A DNA stretch of 63,549 nt, filler included, from Parasitella parasitica NRRL 2501 (lineage: Eukaryota > Fungi > Mucoromycota): the NCBI GenBank assembly GCA_025201805.1. It is 5 parts of 5 records of this genome, joined end to end, with 100 filler letters (N's around TTAATTAATTAA, not from the genome) between each part and the next. Parts side by side here need not be neighbours in the genome. Positions count along the whole stretch, not along the records: positions 1 to 28,141 come from MU619294.1; 4 more parts are not named here. One strand, given 5' to 3'. Positions 1 through 12,905 of the stretch are shown here, piece by piece. A program made the position numbers and the translations under genes. How positions within the stretch are numbered: position 1 is the first letter of the stretch; each line of letters opens with the position of its first letter. Below the pieces are notes generated by a model. That model was not told where the DNA came from, searched no databases, and was given only the letters and a program-made list of their open reading frames with translations.

Positions 1-1089
1 CGTGGATTTGGTCACTCGGGACAGCTAACTGTGTATCACTTGATGAAGCAACGGGTATGGTGGCCCTCAATGCGAAAGGATATTAATTACTGGCTAAAAA
101 CCTGCCCTGAATGCCAGCTCCATTCGCGCTCTGAAAAAGCGATTCATCACGCTCCAATGAAACCGTTAGAGGTTCCAGCCCCATTTGCGCGTTGGCATAT
201 TGACTTCATTGGCGAACTTCCTCTTACGAACAATGGCAATCGATGGATAATTATGGCGGTTGACTACGCTACAAACTGGCCCATTGCTCGTGCGTTGAAT
301 TCCGCTTCTGCTGCTGAGATTGTGAAATTTTTATATGAAGAGATAGTAATGAAGTTTGGGTGTCCTGTCGAGCTGGTATCGGATCGTGGTGCCAACTTTT
401 TGAGCAAAATCCTGAAGCAGTACATGCACAAAATTCGATCAAAACACATGTTTACGTCCGCGTTTCATCCAAGAACAAACTCAAAGTGCGAAAGGCTTAA
501 CCAAACATTCAAACATATGCTGACAAAATATGTTAAAGGTATGGTGCACTCTTGGGATGAATATGTCGATTCTGCCTTGTTCTCTTGCCGGATTCGAAAG
601 CACGCTACTACTGGATATAGCCCTTTCTTTTTGGTGTATGGTCAAGAACCAGTGAAACCTGGTGATTCTCGTCGTCCTTTCTTAGATCCATTTACAGAAG
701 AAGATCCTGAACTCGTAGCGGAAGACGTGTTAACTCGTATGAGGGATCTTCGAGAAAAACGATTTGAAGCAAAAGAGCAGATGATACTGCAGGCCTCAAA
801 AGACAAAGCTCGATGGGATGCTGCTTTGAAAAATGGCAAATCTCAGACATTTGCAGTGGGTGATTACGTGCTATTACGACATGAATCAAAAAAAGGCTTG
901 GAATTTAACTGGATGGGTCCATATGTGATTTTGAAGTACAATCTTGATTACAACACATACCAAATTCAAGAGATTGATGGAAAAATTTATAACTCTTGGG
1001 TACACACTGATCGTCTGCATGCTGTTCGTTATGATGGGTCAAAACCACAGAAATCTTGGTATATTCCTCGTGTTGCTAGAGCTAAATAA
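1..1089 (+). mobile_element. Ty3/gypsy LTR retrotransposon pol, integrase end (5' truncated by window edge)
   Basis: Zn-binding CPEC, WHIDFIG (D), SDRG (D), KCERLNQT (E), C-terminal WMGPY (GPY/F) motif; followed by a polypurine tract GGGAGGGTGGTAG at about 1124-1136. Confidence 0.95.
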
Positions 1090-1186
1090 TTTTTCTTTTT
1101 CTGGTCCACCTGTACTTTTTTTTGGGAGGGTGGTAGTGTCAGGTACACACAGACTTTGTGTGTAACACTTTTAGTTATTATAAATA

Positions 1187-4100
1187 CTGCTGAATTACAC
1201 ATACAAGTTTAAATATATAGTACCTAAAATTTTAATTATCTCAGTAACAAGCAAAAATGTATGATCCCAAAAACGCGATTCCCCAATTCCATCCTTCCGG
1301 AAATGCTGAAATGGATTTAAGAATGAGAGCATCTCAACAACAACGAATCCATCAAGCAAGACGAGATCATAGACCCAAGAATACCGCAAACACTTATGAG
1401 GGTATGCAACAAGAATTTCTAGCTTTTTGTGATCGAAATTTTGGGTTAGAAGATCCCACAAGGCATACTGTTACTGGATCCAAGGTTGCGTTTTACATCG
1501 AAAAAGAAATATTAACAAAACTATAAGCATTTGTTCAATGTCTAATGGTTTTCTTTCACCACAGCTTTCTCAACGCAAGAAATTAAGACTTAAGCATGGC
1601 GAAGATCCCAATGCAACTCTTAGTGCAAATAAAATTGAGATCCATCTTGCAGCAATTGTCGATCTTTGGAGAAATCAACAAAACAAAGGCATAAATAGTT
1701 TCCCTCATCCTCGAATTGAATGTGAACAATTTATGGATACTCTCGCAAGCGAGAGTTATATGAATAACGATTATTTCCAAAGACAATTAAATAAAGAGAC
1801 TACAAGCGATTATATCACGGAGAACGTAGGGTCTTTATTAAAGATTGAAAAGGAAGCCAGGATTACTCTGGTCCTGGTTTCTAAAAGTCTTTATACAATT
1901 CCATTTGAATGTCAGTGTCAATATTGGAATTGAGATGAGATTCAACCTTCAATTAATAGGCGAAAACCAACAGCAAGAAAAGAAAACAAGAAGAAGAGAG
2001 ACGAGTATCAAGACCGTGCAGCACTAACTGTTGGTGATGGATACACGACGGTCGAGGAGTTGACGGCTTTGATTGATTACTACATCGCTCAAAATAGCGA
2101 AGAAGGCTTGCGTAATGCCTTAATTTGTTTACTCTCACATTACATGTATCTTCGTGGAGCTTCTGCTCGTCAAGCTGAATTAGCGGATCTTCAGTCGCTG
2201 AATTTGCTGCTGAAGGGCCTACACCTTGCTGTTTCTAATGACTGATAGCAAATCAAACAAGCATGGAGCCATTCAGATATCTGGATGTATGCGAAGCAAG
2301 TTCACTGATATTTGTCCGCTCATGATGCTCTCGTTTTATCTGTTCTATCGCTTCCAATGCCAGGGAGAGGCGTTCCCAAACATGACAACTTCCAGAGACT
2401 GGTTTGATATCAAGCTTTTCAAAGGGTCAGATCGCTTGGTTGAGCTGTCTTCCAAAGCACATTTTGTTGCCATCAAGAAAGGACTCAGCGCTTGTAGAAT
2501 TCAATCAAGCAAGGCCACCCACATTTTTCGAGGTGCAGGCGCACGAATGGCAGATGTGTGGGGTGTCGATGAAAGCGAAATTAGACGAAACGGCCAGTGG
2601 AACTCTACGTCTATGAACAGGTCTTACTTAACAGGTCTACCAAGAAGACTCATGCGGCAACTTGCTGGCTTCCCAAGAGAAGAAGGTCACTTTTATCTTC
2701 CCAGAGGCATGTTAGATCCTCCAGAAGAACTAAAGCGCAAGGTTTTCCCTGATGTGGAGCTATGGCAAGATAAAATCACTGCCGGAACGGCTCAGAAGAC
2801 TACGACTGCTGATGGCTTCTTGAAGCTTCTCATCTCATTGAGAACAATCTTGCTTCAAGATTCTGTTATAATGCGAAGAAACCACCCTGATCATCACTTA
2901 TGGGAGCACGATCTATTTCAGGATCCTTTATATTTGAAATTTAGAGAGTAAGTTGAATCACAACAATCATCAAGTATAGCTTTAAACTAACTATTTTGAT
3001 TGCAGTGACCTGATTGCAGCCATGGCAGTTCATGAAAACAACGATCCCTTTAGCATGCAACTGCGTTCTGTGGTACCCCACATTGAACAAAGGCTGTCAA
3101 CGTTGGAATCACAGTTAGCCATGAATGCCACTCAGTCAAACAGCAGGATGGACGAGATCTTGAATCACATTAGTGATATCTCCACTGGTCGTGCCCCGTT
3201 GAATATCAACATAACGATTCCAGCGGGTGGGGATTATNNNNNNNNNNNNNNNNNNNNNNNNNNNNNNNNNNNNNNNNNNNNNNNNNNNNNNNNNNNNNNN
3301 NNNNNNNNNNNNNNNNNNNNNNNNNNNNNNNNNNNNNNNNNNNNNNNNNNNNNNNNNNNNNNNNNNNNNNNNNNNNNNNNNNNNNNNNNNNNNNNNNNNN
3401 NNNNNNNNNNNNNNNNNNNNNNNNNNNGAGTGGCATGATGGCATAGGCGGGGGCCATTCGGTTCAATGGATGGATCAGAACTACCCTGGGTGGTTCTCAA
3501 AAGATAAAACCTTCTACTCGCGAAGACGCCGTATCATCATGACCATCAAGAAATACGCTGAGGAAAAAAACCTTAGAGAGACCACTGCTTTGGACATTGC
3601 TGAAGCATATCGACTTCAACTTGGTAGGTCAGTCGACTACTTGAGCAAACACTAAGACTCCATCTTTGCAGATGAATAACCTCTTTTCTTATTTTCTCCT
3701 TTCCTTCTTTTCTTCTTTTCTTCTTTTTTATATTCAATAAATTATGCTGTTATGTTATTACCTGACCAACTTCTAAATGAAATTACAATTGAATATATAA
3801 TCTCCAAGTAAGTTGATCCGTTTCTCATTTCACCAATTTTGTTTATCGAAATCATCATCTTTTACATATTGAAAGTTATCGTTTTTAAATATATGTTCAA
3901 TAAATCTTTCTCTATGTTTATCGCCTATATTCTTCAGACATATACATTCTATTCAAGAGTATCGTTTTGAAGCTTTTATAACGACCTTAACTCCTGATAA
4001 TATATTAATACACACTCACATTTATGGTGTCCCGCCAATACATAATTACAGTTGTAAACCTCACTTAAAGTCAAAATAAATGTCCCGCGCGTCTCATAAC

Positions 4101-4201
4101 TCAAGTTATGATCAATATAAGTGAATTTATTAAACAGCCTAAGCAGGCTGTCTTTTAAATGTGGGACTCTAACTAGGGTCCTCAGGGTGTCTCCTGTACC
4201 C
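1187..4201 (+). mobile_element. Crypton (tyrosine-recombinase DNA transposon)
   Basis: Flanked by the direct repeat TATAAATA (1179-1186 and 4202-4209), no TIRs, encodes a YR plus GCR1_C-type protein. Confidence 0.88.
1257..3679 (+). pseudogene. Crypton tyrosine recombinase (NDC10-like core with C-terminal GCR1-like DNA-binding domain), degenerate
   Basis: RPKNT..TY N-terminus, DR..TVGDGY, catalytic LRGASAR (R), SKSNKHG (K), THIFR (HxxR), GQW, RSYL (Y); C-terminal EWHDG...FYSRRRRII. Intron 2948-3005; first donor appears mutated (ATAAG at 1523); frameshift near 2200-2226; probable foreign insert about 1755-1970; probable premature stop at 3655; N gap 3238-3427. Confidence 0.88.
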
Positions 4202-4375
4202 TATAAATATCATTGAATACAAAAGAATAAAGATCTATCATTCATCTCTTACTCATATTTTATATACACTTAATAAAGCAGCACAAAACTAACACATCTC
4301 TGCACACGACATTACTTCATTTTAAGATACATGAGACGTTTACATTTAACATCTGCCTCCTTGAATTTCAACCAG

Positions 4376-4532
4376 TGTCAGGTACTCACAGACTTTGTGT
4401 GTAACAATTTTAGTTATTATAAATATCAATTGAATACAAAAGAATAAACATCATCTTTCTTTTATCTCTTACTTTATACTTTATATACACTTATCAAAAC
4501 AACACAAAACTAACACATCTCTGCACACGACA
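4376..4532 (+). repeat. Solo LTR (about 157 bp) of the same gypsy family
   Basis: TGTC...GACA termini, CCAG duplicated on both sides (4372-4375 and 4533-4536), closely similar to the reconstructed LTR at 1137/4311. Confidence 0.92.
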
Positions 4533-5516
4533 CCAGCGTAAGAGAAAAAGGAATTATTCACTCATCCAAGAACTCAATGTTCCACCACCGTTATTGCCAG
4601 ATGGTAACATCTTCTGGGAGCGGTTTCCTGGTCGTTTAACACAGGTAATGCTTTTTTTTAAAAAAAAGAGACAAAAATTAATTATCTGACAATTTGATTT
4701 AGGTGAATGACATTCACATTTTGCCAAACAACACTTCTTTTTTTTTTACAGACAATTGCTTTTTTTTTATAATGGACAAAAGTTAGCTCTTTGCCCATTT
4801 GGTAACAGTAGTTAGTATACAACGCCTTTTTGCTTGTATAATATTTAAAGTATCTGCTAAAAGCGCCTGGAAGACTAAGTACATCTCATGTATGGCACAA
4901 CTATAAAGCTCAAGTATTTTTCTGTTCTATTTGTTAAGGAGGTTCTATGATCCATTTGCTATACTTTACAGCTTCGAGTTGCTTCGTACTACGGACAGAA
5001 ATTTTAAAATTGTGCAATAAACAATAGTCGATTTTACAAGGAGCAATACCAAATCGAGCTAATATTAAACGGATATGAGAATAATTGATAAAGGATGGTT
5101 TGATACTACTCATGTTAGCCTGTTTTGTCTTCTCATCTCACTCTCAGGCACCTTTCAAACAAGAAAGCTGTGACCATTGTGGCCCAACGAAAAAAAAATA
5201 TTTTTCGCTGTGGAGGCAACTCTTCCTCTTTCACCCTTACAACCTTTTTAAGGATTAATTGACGAGTATGTTGAGGTCATGTTTGCAAGAGAATTATAGA
5301 TTTCACTTTTTCCCTGCAGTCTACTTGAAATAGTTATGAAATTGAAATCAGCAATTTATATAAAATCGCTTGAAATGAATACCTAGCCTCAAGTATTTTT
5401 TCTTCTACGAATTGAAATTTTTTTTTTTCTGCATGTAAACTTGGGGAAATTGGAAATCTAGAATCAATTGCATCGATAGATACGATTTACTAACATTTTG
5501 TGTATTCGATTAGAAA

Positions 5517-6177
5517 ATGCCGCACTCATTTGGTCGTATGTATTTTCTGCGAGAGATATGAGAAAAATAGGTTCAAAGAATCTGATTCAAAATTTGAATA
5601 GTTCGTGCTCGTACTCGTCACATGTTCTCTCGTAATTTCAGAGAGCATGGTTCTATTCCTCTCTCTACTTACTTGAAGACTTACAAGATCGGTGACATTG
5701 TTGATGTCAAGGCTAATGCTGCTGTCCAAAAGGGTATGCCCCATAAGTTTTACCATGGGTAAGTTTGTGCTCACACATCAGGTCTAAATAACCATACAGA
5801 TTATTCACATCCAACACAGTCGTACTGGTGTTGTCTATAATGTCACCAAGTCTTCTGTTGGTGTCCTCCTCCACAAGAAGGTAGGTAACCGTTATTTGGA
5901 AAAGCGTGTCAATGTTCGTGTTGAACACATCAAGCACTCCAAATGTCGCCAAGAGTTCTTGGACCGTGTTGTTTCCAATGCTCAAAAGAAGAAGGAAGCC
6001 ACTGAAGCCAATGGTAAGTGATGATTGCTTATTATACTTACGGTTTGCTAATCATATATATCAGTCGCTTACAACTTGAAGAGAATTCCTGCTCAACCTC
6101 GTGAGGCTCGTCACATTTCTACCAAGTTCAATGTTCCTCAAACTCTTGCTCCCATTCCTTACGAAACTCTCATTTAA
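5517..6177 (+). CDS. RPL21: 60S ribosomal protein L21 (eL21), 4 coding exons, probable 5' UTR intron
   Basis: Spliced translation [15 protein letters not shown]...[14 protein letters not shown]...[12 protein letters not shown]...PIPYETLI*; GT-AG introns. Confidence 0.97.
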
Positions 6178-6516
6178 GATGGATGCTTATTGTTTTATAT
6201 GTATAAAATAATAAATTTTGATTCAGTTGCTGATCAACTATACTAAGCCTTTTCCCCTTCTTTGTAACGGTACGATGAAGGCAACTGAGGTGACAGGGTA
6301 TACTTTTTTTTTATTTTCATGATGCACCCCTCGGATTGTCGGCTTTGGTCCGCTTCAGATGTTTGAACCAAGGAAGTTGCTCCAAGTCTGCGGGCGTTAG
6401 ACTGAAATTTTTCTTTTTACACAAATTCCAAGGACCCCTTTCTTTTTCACTCTTTCCTTCTTTTCTTACCTTCAATCATCTCTTTGGACATTTCTTCCGT
6501 CGATTTCTCGTACAAA

Positions 6517-7824
6517 ATGACCACAACCGCTTCTGCTGCTCCAGTCTATCAACATCTTCCTTCTCTTGACACTCCAAAGCTAAAGCAATCTAAATCTTAT
6601 GTTCATTTTGTCGCAGGAGGGTAATGTGTAATCGCAGGATATCTGTCTGCATTGTCGCACTAATTGACTTCAATAAAATAGTGTTGGAGGACTTGCAGGT
6701 GCTGTATGTACTTCTCCCCTTGATGTCGTAAAGACAAGACTACAGGTAACTATCCGTGCAAATGACAGCTTTGGGTGTCATCTCATTGACAACTCTTCTT
6801 AGTCCACTTTTTATCAGCAAACAATGAGGCAACCAAATATGCATAGAAGCGGATTCATCCTTGGCCATTTCTTGGAAACAGGAAAGCTGCTATTGTAAGT
6901 ACTTGTAGATTCGTGAAGTGCATGTGTATGTACCATATTTCTCAACATTCGTTATGTAGACGTATCAATCAAGTGGAGGGATTTCGTGGATATTTTAAAG
7001 GTTTAGGACCAAACCTGGTTGGTGTCATTCCTGCCAGATCAATCAATTTCTTCATGTATGGAAACGGAAAGAAACTGTACACAGAATGGAATGGCGGAAG
7101 AGAGACTGCCGGCGTACATTTAATTTCTGCAGCTACTGCAGGTAAAAATGATGAAATGGATTATTATCATTTTTGAATACATTTTGACAAGTTTCATTGC
7201 AGGCATTGTTACTTCAACAGCAACTAATCCAATCTGGGTCATCAAAACACGTTTGCAATTACAAGGAGCAAATGCCATACGTAAGTACTCTGGCAGTCTT
7301 GATTGTTTGGTCAAAATATGTCGCCAGGAGGGCGTTAATGGTCTCTACAAGGGCATGAGCGCATCATACTTGGGTACAGTAGTTGAAAATTTATACAGAG
7401 AACTTTATATTCATGCTGAAACCTAGGTGTTGCTGAAGGAACAATTCAATGGGTTATTTATGAGAACCTGAAAAAGAGATGGAGTGCACCCAAGGACAGA
7501 ATCCAGTTGAATCAAAAAGTATATAGTGGCAAGACCTTACAGGACTGGGCGGGTCATTTAGGAGCAGCTGCGACGTCTAAATTTGTAGCAGCATGTATTG
7601 CTTATCCACATGAAGTTATTCGCACTAGACTCAGACAACCATCAGAAAATGGAGTTCGCAAATATACCGGTTTATGGCAGTGCTTGCGTCTTGTTGCTAA
7701 AGAAGAGGGTGTCGTTGCATTATACGGTGGTATGACTGCCCATTTATTGAGAGTTGTACCTAATGCTGCCATCATGTTCTTTTGCTACGAAGCCATTGTT
7801 CAAAGATACGAACACTCTTTCTAG
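6517..7824 (+). CDS. RIM2: Mitochondrial carrier, RIM2/SLC25A33-36 pyrimidine-nucleotide transporter type (multi-exon)
   Basis: HFVAGG, SPLDVVKTRLQ, GLGPNLVGVIPARSINF, TNPIWVIKTRLQ, AYPHEVIRTRLRQ: three carrier repeats. Confidence 0.9.
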
Positions 7825-8036
7825 AGATTTACTATATAGCATCTCTTCCTCATTCATGTTACCTCTGTATAATAGTTTCTTGATCTCACATATCACCTTA
7901 GATTTTTCATATATATTTTTTTTTATCATATTTACCAGCCTTCTCACAAATAGGTGACCTCTAAATAAATGCCTAGCAATCTACAACAATTCATTTACAT
8001 TCTTTTTGTTTTCTTTCTCATTACATCTACGAGAAT

Positions 8037-8291
8037 ATGTCTCCATCTATCATCACGTCAGAAGAAGCCTCAATTGATTCAGATTTCGATTTGCAAAATT
8101 GGTTAAAAGACATCGAAGGCGCTGAGGACCTCATGAGTCAAGTCGAAAAAAAAGCTGATAACCTTCAAGCCAAGGTAGATGCTCTTTTACTCGAAGTCGG
8201 CCAATCTGTTGCTATTGTGGAGAATCAAGAAACTACTGCCACTGAGAACAAAGGAGAATCACTTGATAAAAAGCAGGAAAAAAAGCCTTGA
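8037..8291 (+). CDS. Small acidic coiled-coil protein (possibly UPF0184/bublin-like)
   Basis: Clean 84-aa ORF between two genes with a heptad segment DLMSQVEKKADNLQAKVDALL; family resemblance is from memory only. Confidence 0.55.
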   Translation: MSPSIITSEEASIDSDFDLQNWLKDIEGAEDLMSQVEKKADNLQAKVDALLLEVGQSVAIVENQETTATENKGESLDKKQEKKP

Positions 8292-8416
8292 AAAGAAATA
8301 AATGTATAAGAAGGATGCAGGTATATCCGGGAAAAAAAGAAATTTAAAATAAAATATGCTCTGCGCGCAATTATCGAAACTTTTTTCTTTCTGTCTTCGC
8401 AGTACTGCATACAAAA

Positions 8417-9701
8417 ATGTCGTCTTTACAGAAAGACATACTGAAAAAATCAACACTGCGACCCTTAGACAGCTTGAGAGAAGACGAGAATGATAATACA
8501 ACAAGGTAACATGTGATTTAAGTTTGTTTGGGTTGCAAGAAATATCTGACGCAAAGTAGACTTGCTAATAGCGTTGTTAAACAACCCAATTTGACTCACT
8601 ATACTCCATCCAAATGGCAGGATTATTTCGAGACAAGTCTCGATGTATCAATACCAAATACATCTGATATATCCTTTTTTCTTTTTCTTTTATATTCAAA
8701 TGAATGCATATACTACCTCTTCCTTGACTCAATCACACGTATTTCGCATTTACAAAAATAACCCTAGGAAAAAACATGGTCCTCTATTTGTAATGCATCA
8801 TGGCGCAGGTTCATCAGGTTTGACATTTGGAGTAGTAGCTAAGCACATTAAAGAGTTGTCGCAGAAGGAATGTGGTGTTATCGCCATAGATTGCAGAGGC
8901 CACGGCGCATCTAAATCTGAAGTGTTTGATAACGATTTTTCTTTGAAAACATTATCTAATGACATGATAAACATAATTGAAGAAACAGTACACGTTGACC
9001 AGGATATTATTCTAGTTGGACATAGGTACATCTCAAAGCAGCTAAAAAACTCTTGTATTTTTGACTCAGATCTCACTATTAGTATGGGTGGATCAGTCGT
9101 TGTTAATGTAGCATGCATGAGAATGTTGAAGAACATTGTAGGTGTCAGCGTGTTGGATGTAGTGGAAGGATCTGCCATAGATGCATTATCTTCAATGACA
9201 AAGATATTGAGCTCAAGGCCGAAAGCATTCAGTTCAACAGAGCAAGCAATCTTGTGGAGTATTCAATCAAATACACTTCGCAACATAGAGTCAGCAAAAC
9301 TATCTATTCCTGCTTTGATTGAGTCAACAGAGGATTTAAAATTTAAATGGATCACGGATTTAAACAAGACACAACCATTTTGGACAGAGTGGTTTACTGG
9401 GTTAAGTGATAAATTCTTAAGCTCGGCTACTGCCAAGTTGCTTATACTGGCAGGCACAGACAGGTTAGACAAACCACTGATCATTGGGCAAATGCAAGGT
9501 AAAAGATGTTGAATGAGAGTGGCATTATTACAGTAGACACTAATCGTGTTTCAATACAAAAAAGGCAAATTCCAATTGAGCATCTTTCCTGATGCTGGTC
9601 ATTTTTTGCAAGAAGATACACCAAAAGAGACAGCGATATGTTTGTTGGAGTTTTGGAGACGAAATAAACGATTGATATTGCCCCCAAAAGTGAAGGCATG
9701 A
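8417..9701 (+). CDS. PPE1: Protein phosphatase 2A methylesterase 1 (alpha/beta hydrolase), multi-exon
   Basis: [28 protein letters not shown] nucleophile elbow across an intron, [46 protein letters not shown]. Confidence 0.95.
8669..8738 (+). other. U12-type (minor spliceosome) AT-AC intron in PPE1
   Basis: 5' ATATCCTTT, branch TTCCTTGAC (8720-8728), 3' AC; removal joins ...NTSD to VFRIYK in frame. Confidence 0.9.
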
Positions 9702-11144
9702 TATGATTTCAAGATGTTTTATATGAGCATCCTTAACAATTTACTGAATAAATGCATACTTTTGTATTTGATTTTCAAATACAAGTAAAAACATCTATTT
9801 TTTACTGTGATACTATAAAGGACAGCCTCTCGACTGAGTCATGCTTGTTGATACTACTAGAAAAAAAAAAAAAAAATTCAGATGGCTTGTCAATGAATTT
9901 GGTTATATTAATCAAAAACTATGTAAAATTGACCTTTTATCCGAAAATACATTTTGCTTTAATCATTTAGTAAATTTGATCTTGGTGCGTATGCAAATTC
10001 AGAATCGGTCTTTTTTTTAGGACATCAGTAAAGAGGATTGAGTAGACTAAAAGATCAGCGTAAAGAAGGTATGATATAATTTCTTGACTGTATATATCTC
10101 CAATTGAGATGTAGACAGTTAAAATTTTTTCGTTAATTTTTATAAGCTGGCCTAATACTTATCAGATATTGATATTTGTATATTGCATAATGATAAGAAT
10201 CAATTCAAATTGCTTAGCCTATACGTTATTTTAAAGTATTTGGGGAACGATGGCCAGAACTAAGTGTGTCTTTATAGAAACATAAAATACGATGTAGCCT
10301 TGCCTTTTGACGTGTAACATTCCATTACCAGCATTCGTCTGCTCTGTGAGAACTATAGAAGATCATCAACTTTGTACACTAGCTATAATAGTTATTTTTT
10401 TCCCAGGTAAATATTTATAATAGAAATCGAAAAAAAAAGGCTAAACTATTCAAACAATGTTCATGTAATAAAAAACGTATTGTAAAATAAGCTTTAATGT
10501 CTATTAACAAAAGAAATCGAATTGCGTTATGCTGCTCTATTATTCTGTTTTAAATAGCACATATCTACTTTGGTCTGACACATGTATTATAGGTACATAA
10601 TAGTCAGTAATACCCTCAAACCAGATATATCTCTTTTATATAAATTTACACATCAAGGGGTAAATTCGAAATTCAATACTCTATAATAAATTACACAGGA
10701 TGCCAAATGATATGTCCTTGCCAACAATGACAACCATTGAATATACAGTAGTGTGAGAATTTTTGTTATTATTTTGTCGCCTATTCAACACGTTCCAAGA
10801 AAAAAAATCCAAGCAGGAAGGATACATCGAATCGCCAATACTTATACACAGTAGCATGTCTACCTGCTTATTAGCATCATTCATGCGCACTGTGAAAGCT
10901 CTATTTTATAATGCATAGCCAATTTTTCCTTGTTTTTACCAGATTCTTCATCTTTGTATGTGAAAATCCATTTGCCTGGATTTGGAGAGACTTTTTCGTT
11001 TAAAATTTTCTTTACCCAGTAATATAAAACCTGTACCTTTTCTTCCTAGCCCTCTTTCTTTCACTTTTATTTTTATTTTTTCCACTTCTTTTTTTATTTT
11101 TATTATTGTTGTCATAAACAGCAATAAATATTATTAGAGGCTAC

Positions 11145-12873
11145 ATGGATTACAATGTCATTCACCAACCTAATAATTCATCTTCCTTATTATTATCCAG
11201 CAACGGAAATAATAATATGAAAGAACCGAAAACCATCTTGCCAAACAAATGTAAACTGTTAGCAATATAACTTAAATTACCCCACACCTAAATGACATAT
11301 CTTATCAATTTAGGTTTAAATTGCCAAGACAACAGTTGTAACTATTCTTTTCAGCAATTCTTTGATAGCTCTTAACATTTTTTCTTCCTTTCCATTAGCA
11401 GGAGTTTCTTGTAATAATTGTTCCTCAATTAAAAAATCGGACATTTGCACAAATGTTGACACAACTGTTCTTCTAAAGAATAACTCAATACTTGAATACA
11501 AGACGGATAAACAATCTTCAGACATCAAAGCACCCAAGCGAGGATACAAATCTCATGTTCCCAGTGCTTGTAAATCATAACATGCGTCATTATTCTAACA
11601 AACAGTATTAACATGTAGCTCTTAATAGGCGTAAACTGCAAAACTGCTCACTTAGCATGTGATGGTAACAAGATTTTTTTTTCCCTTACAATTCAACTTT
11701 TCATTAAAGGTTTACCATTCTCTAGTGTCTAGACCTTGTAAAAGATGCATTTCGTTAAAAAAAGAAGATACATGCCAAGATATGCAGCACAAGAAAAGAG
11801 GAAGGCCAAAGCTTCGAGAAAAGAGAGTCTACTCATCGAACGAACACACATACGAGATATTATATGGTACTATTCAAGAACCAGCCATCATGACAAAAAA
11901 CACGCCTAGAAACATTATACCAAACCAACAAGCACCTCCATTTCATACGAAAGCTCCTCATTCACAACACCATGAAATAACACTATCCTCTCCAAATGAC
12001 GTTAAACGCTCGTCCATAATTTCATTTGTTCATGAGACTTTTGAATCTCAATACGAACCACCTACAAAATCTATTAGAGCTACAAGTCTTCCCATCTCTG
12101 AAGTATACTCAATAGCGAGCAGCAAGGATACTGATTCAACATTAGACACAGTGGCGGCTATACCCGCTATACAGTTATCATCAATCCCCCTTACATCGCA
12201 GCCACTGCTTTTCAGTCATCAAAGCGGTGTGCCTTCTTCTTCTTTCCTTCCTATTGAAAATCCGTCACTCTCTCCACCTGCAATAGCACAGCATGAATCT
12301 CCAAATTCGCTCACTATCATTTTATCTATGGAAGTTTGTTGTGCAAGAGTATCAGATGAGACTATCAAATGCTGGGGTTACTACCCTCAAGAACTGGCTC
12401 ACCGCTCACTTTATGATTTCATTTCACCCAAAGATTCTGATCGTCTTGCTAGATTACATAGACTTTTGATCGACAATGCGATGAATGTCGTTAAAAGTAA
12501 TCAAACAGATGATGCATCACCTCTGCCACCTACTGAAAGAACCACATCTTCATTATTCAGTAACACCGCTCAATTACAATTGAGTGCCATTGCAAACGGC
12601 TCCAGATCATTCTCAGACACACTCCATATAAAAAAGCGGACAGGCGAATATGAATTGTACAAGGTGATTGTTTACATTGGAGGCGGGCTTGGCGCTGATC
12701 TTTATGATGCCTCTACATTATCGAAACAGTACATTGTAGCTCACTTCAAGCGCCACGAGTATGAGGTTATTGTGCCGTCACCACTAGCAACAGCGCCAAC
12801 AGTAGCACCTCAAACAGGTATAACGTCGAATGACAGTATACTGTTATCTACCGATGAATTTGCATCATATTAT

Positions 12874-12905
<32 letters not shown>

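Larger units (their letters stand above)
1137..4311 (+). repeat. 3' LTR of the gypsy element, split into 1137-1186 and about 4202-4311 by a Crypton insertion
   Basis: Starts TGTCAGG right after the PPT and ends CACGACA at 4311; the two halves join to give a sequence collinear with the solo LTR at 4376-4532. Confidence 0.9.

Noticed and set aside
5266-5513. snoRNA in the RPL21 5' UTR intron or the RPS1 intron
   Set aside because: No convincing C/D or H/ACA box pair seen by eye; it would need an Infernal or snoscan search.
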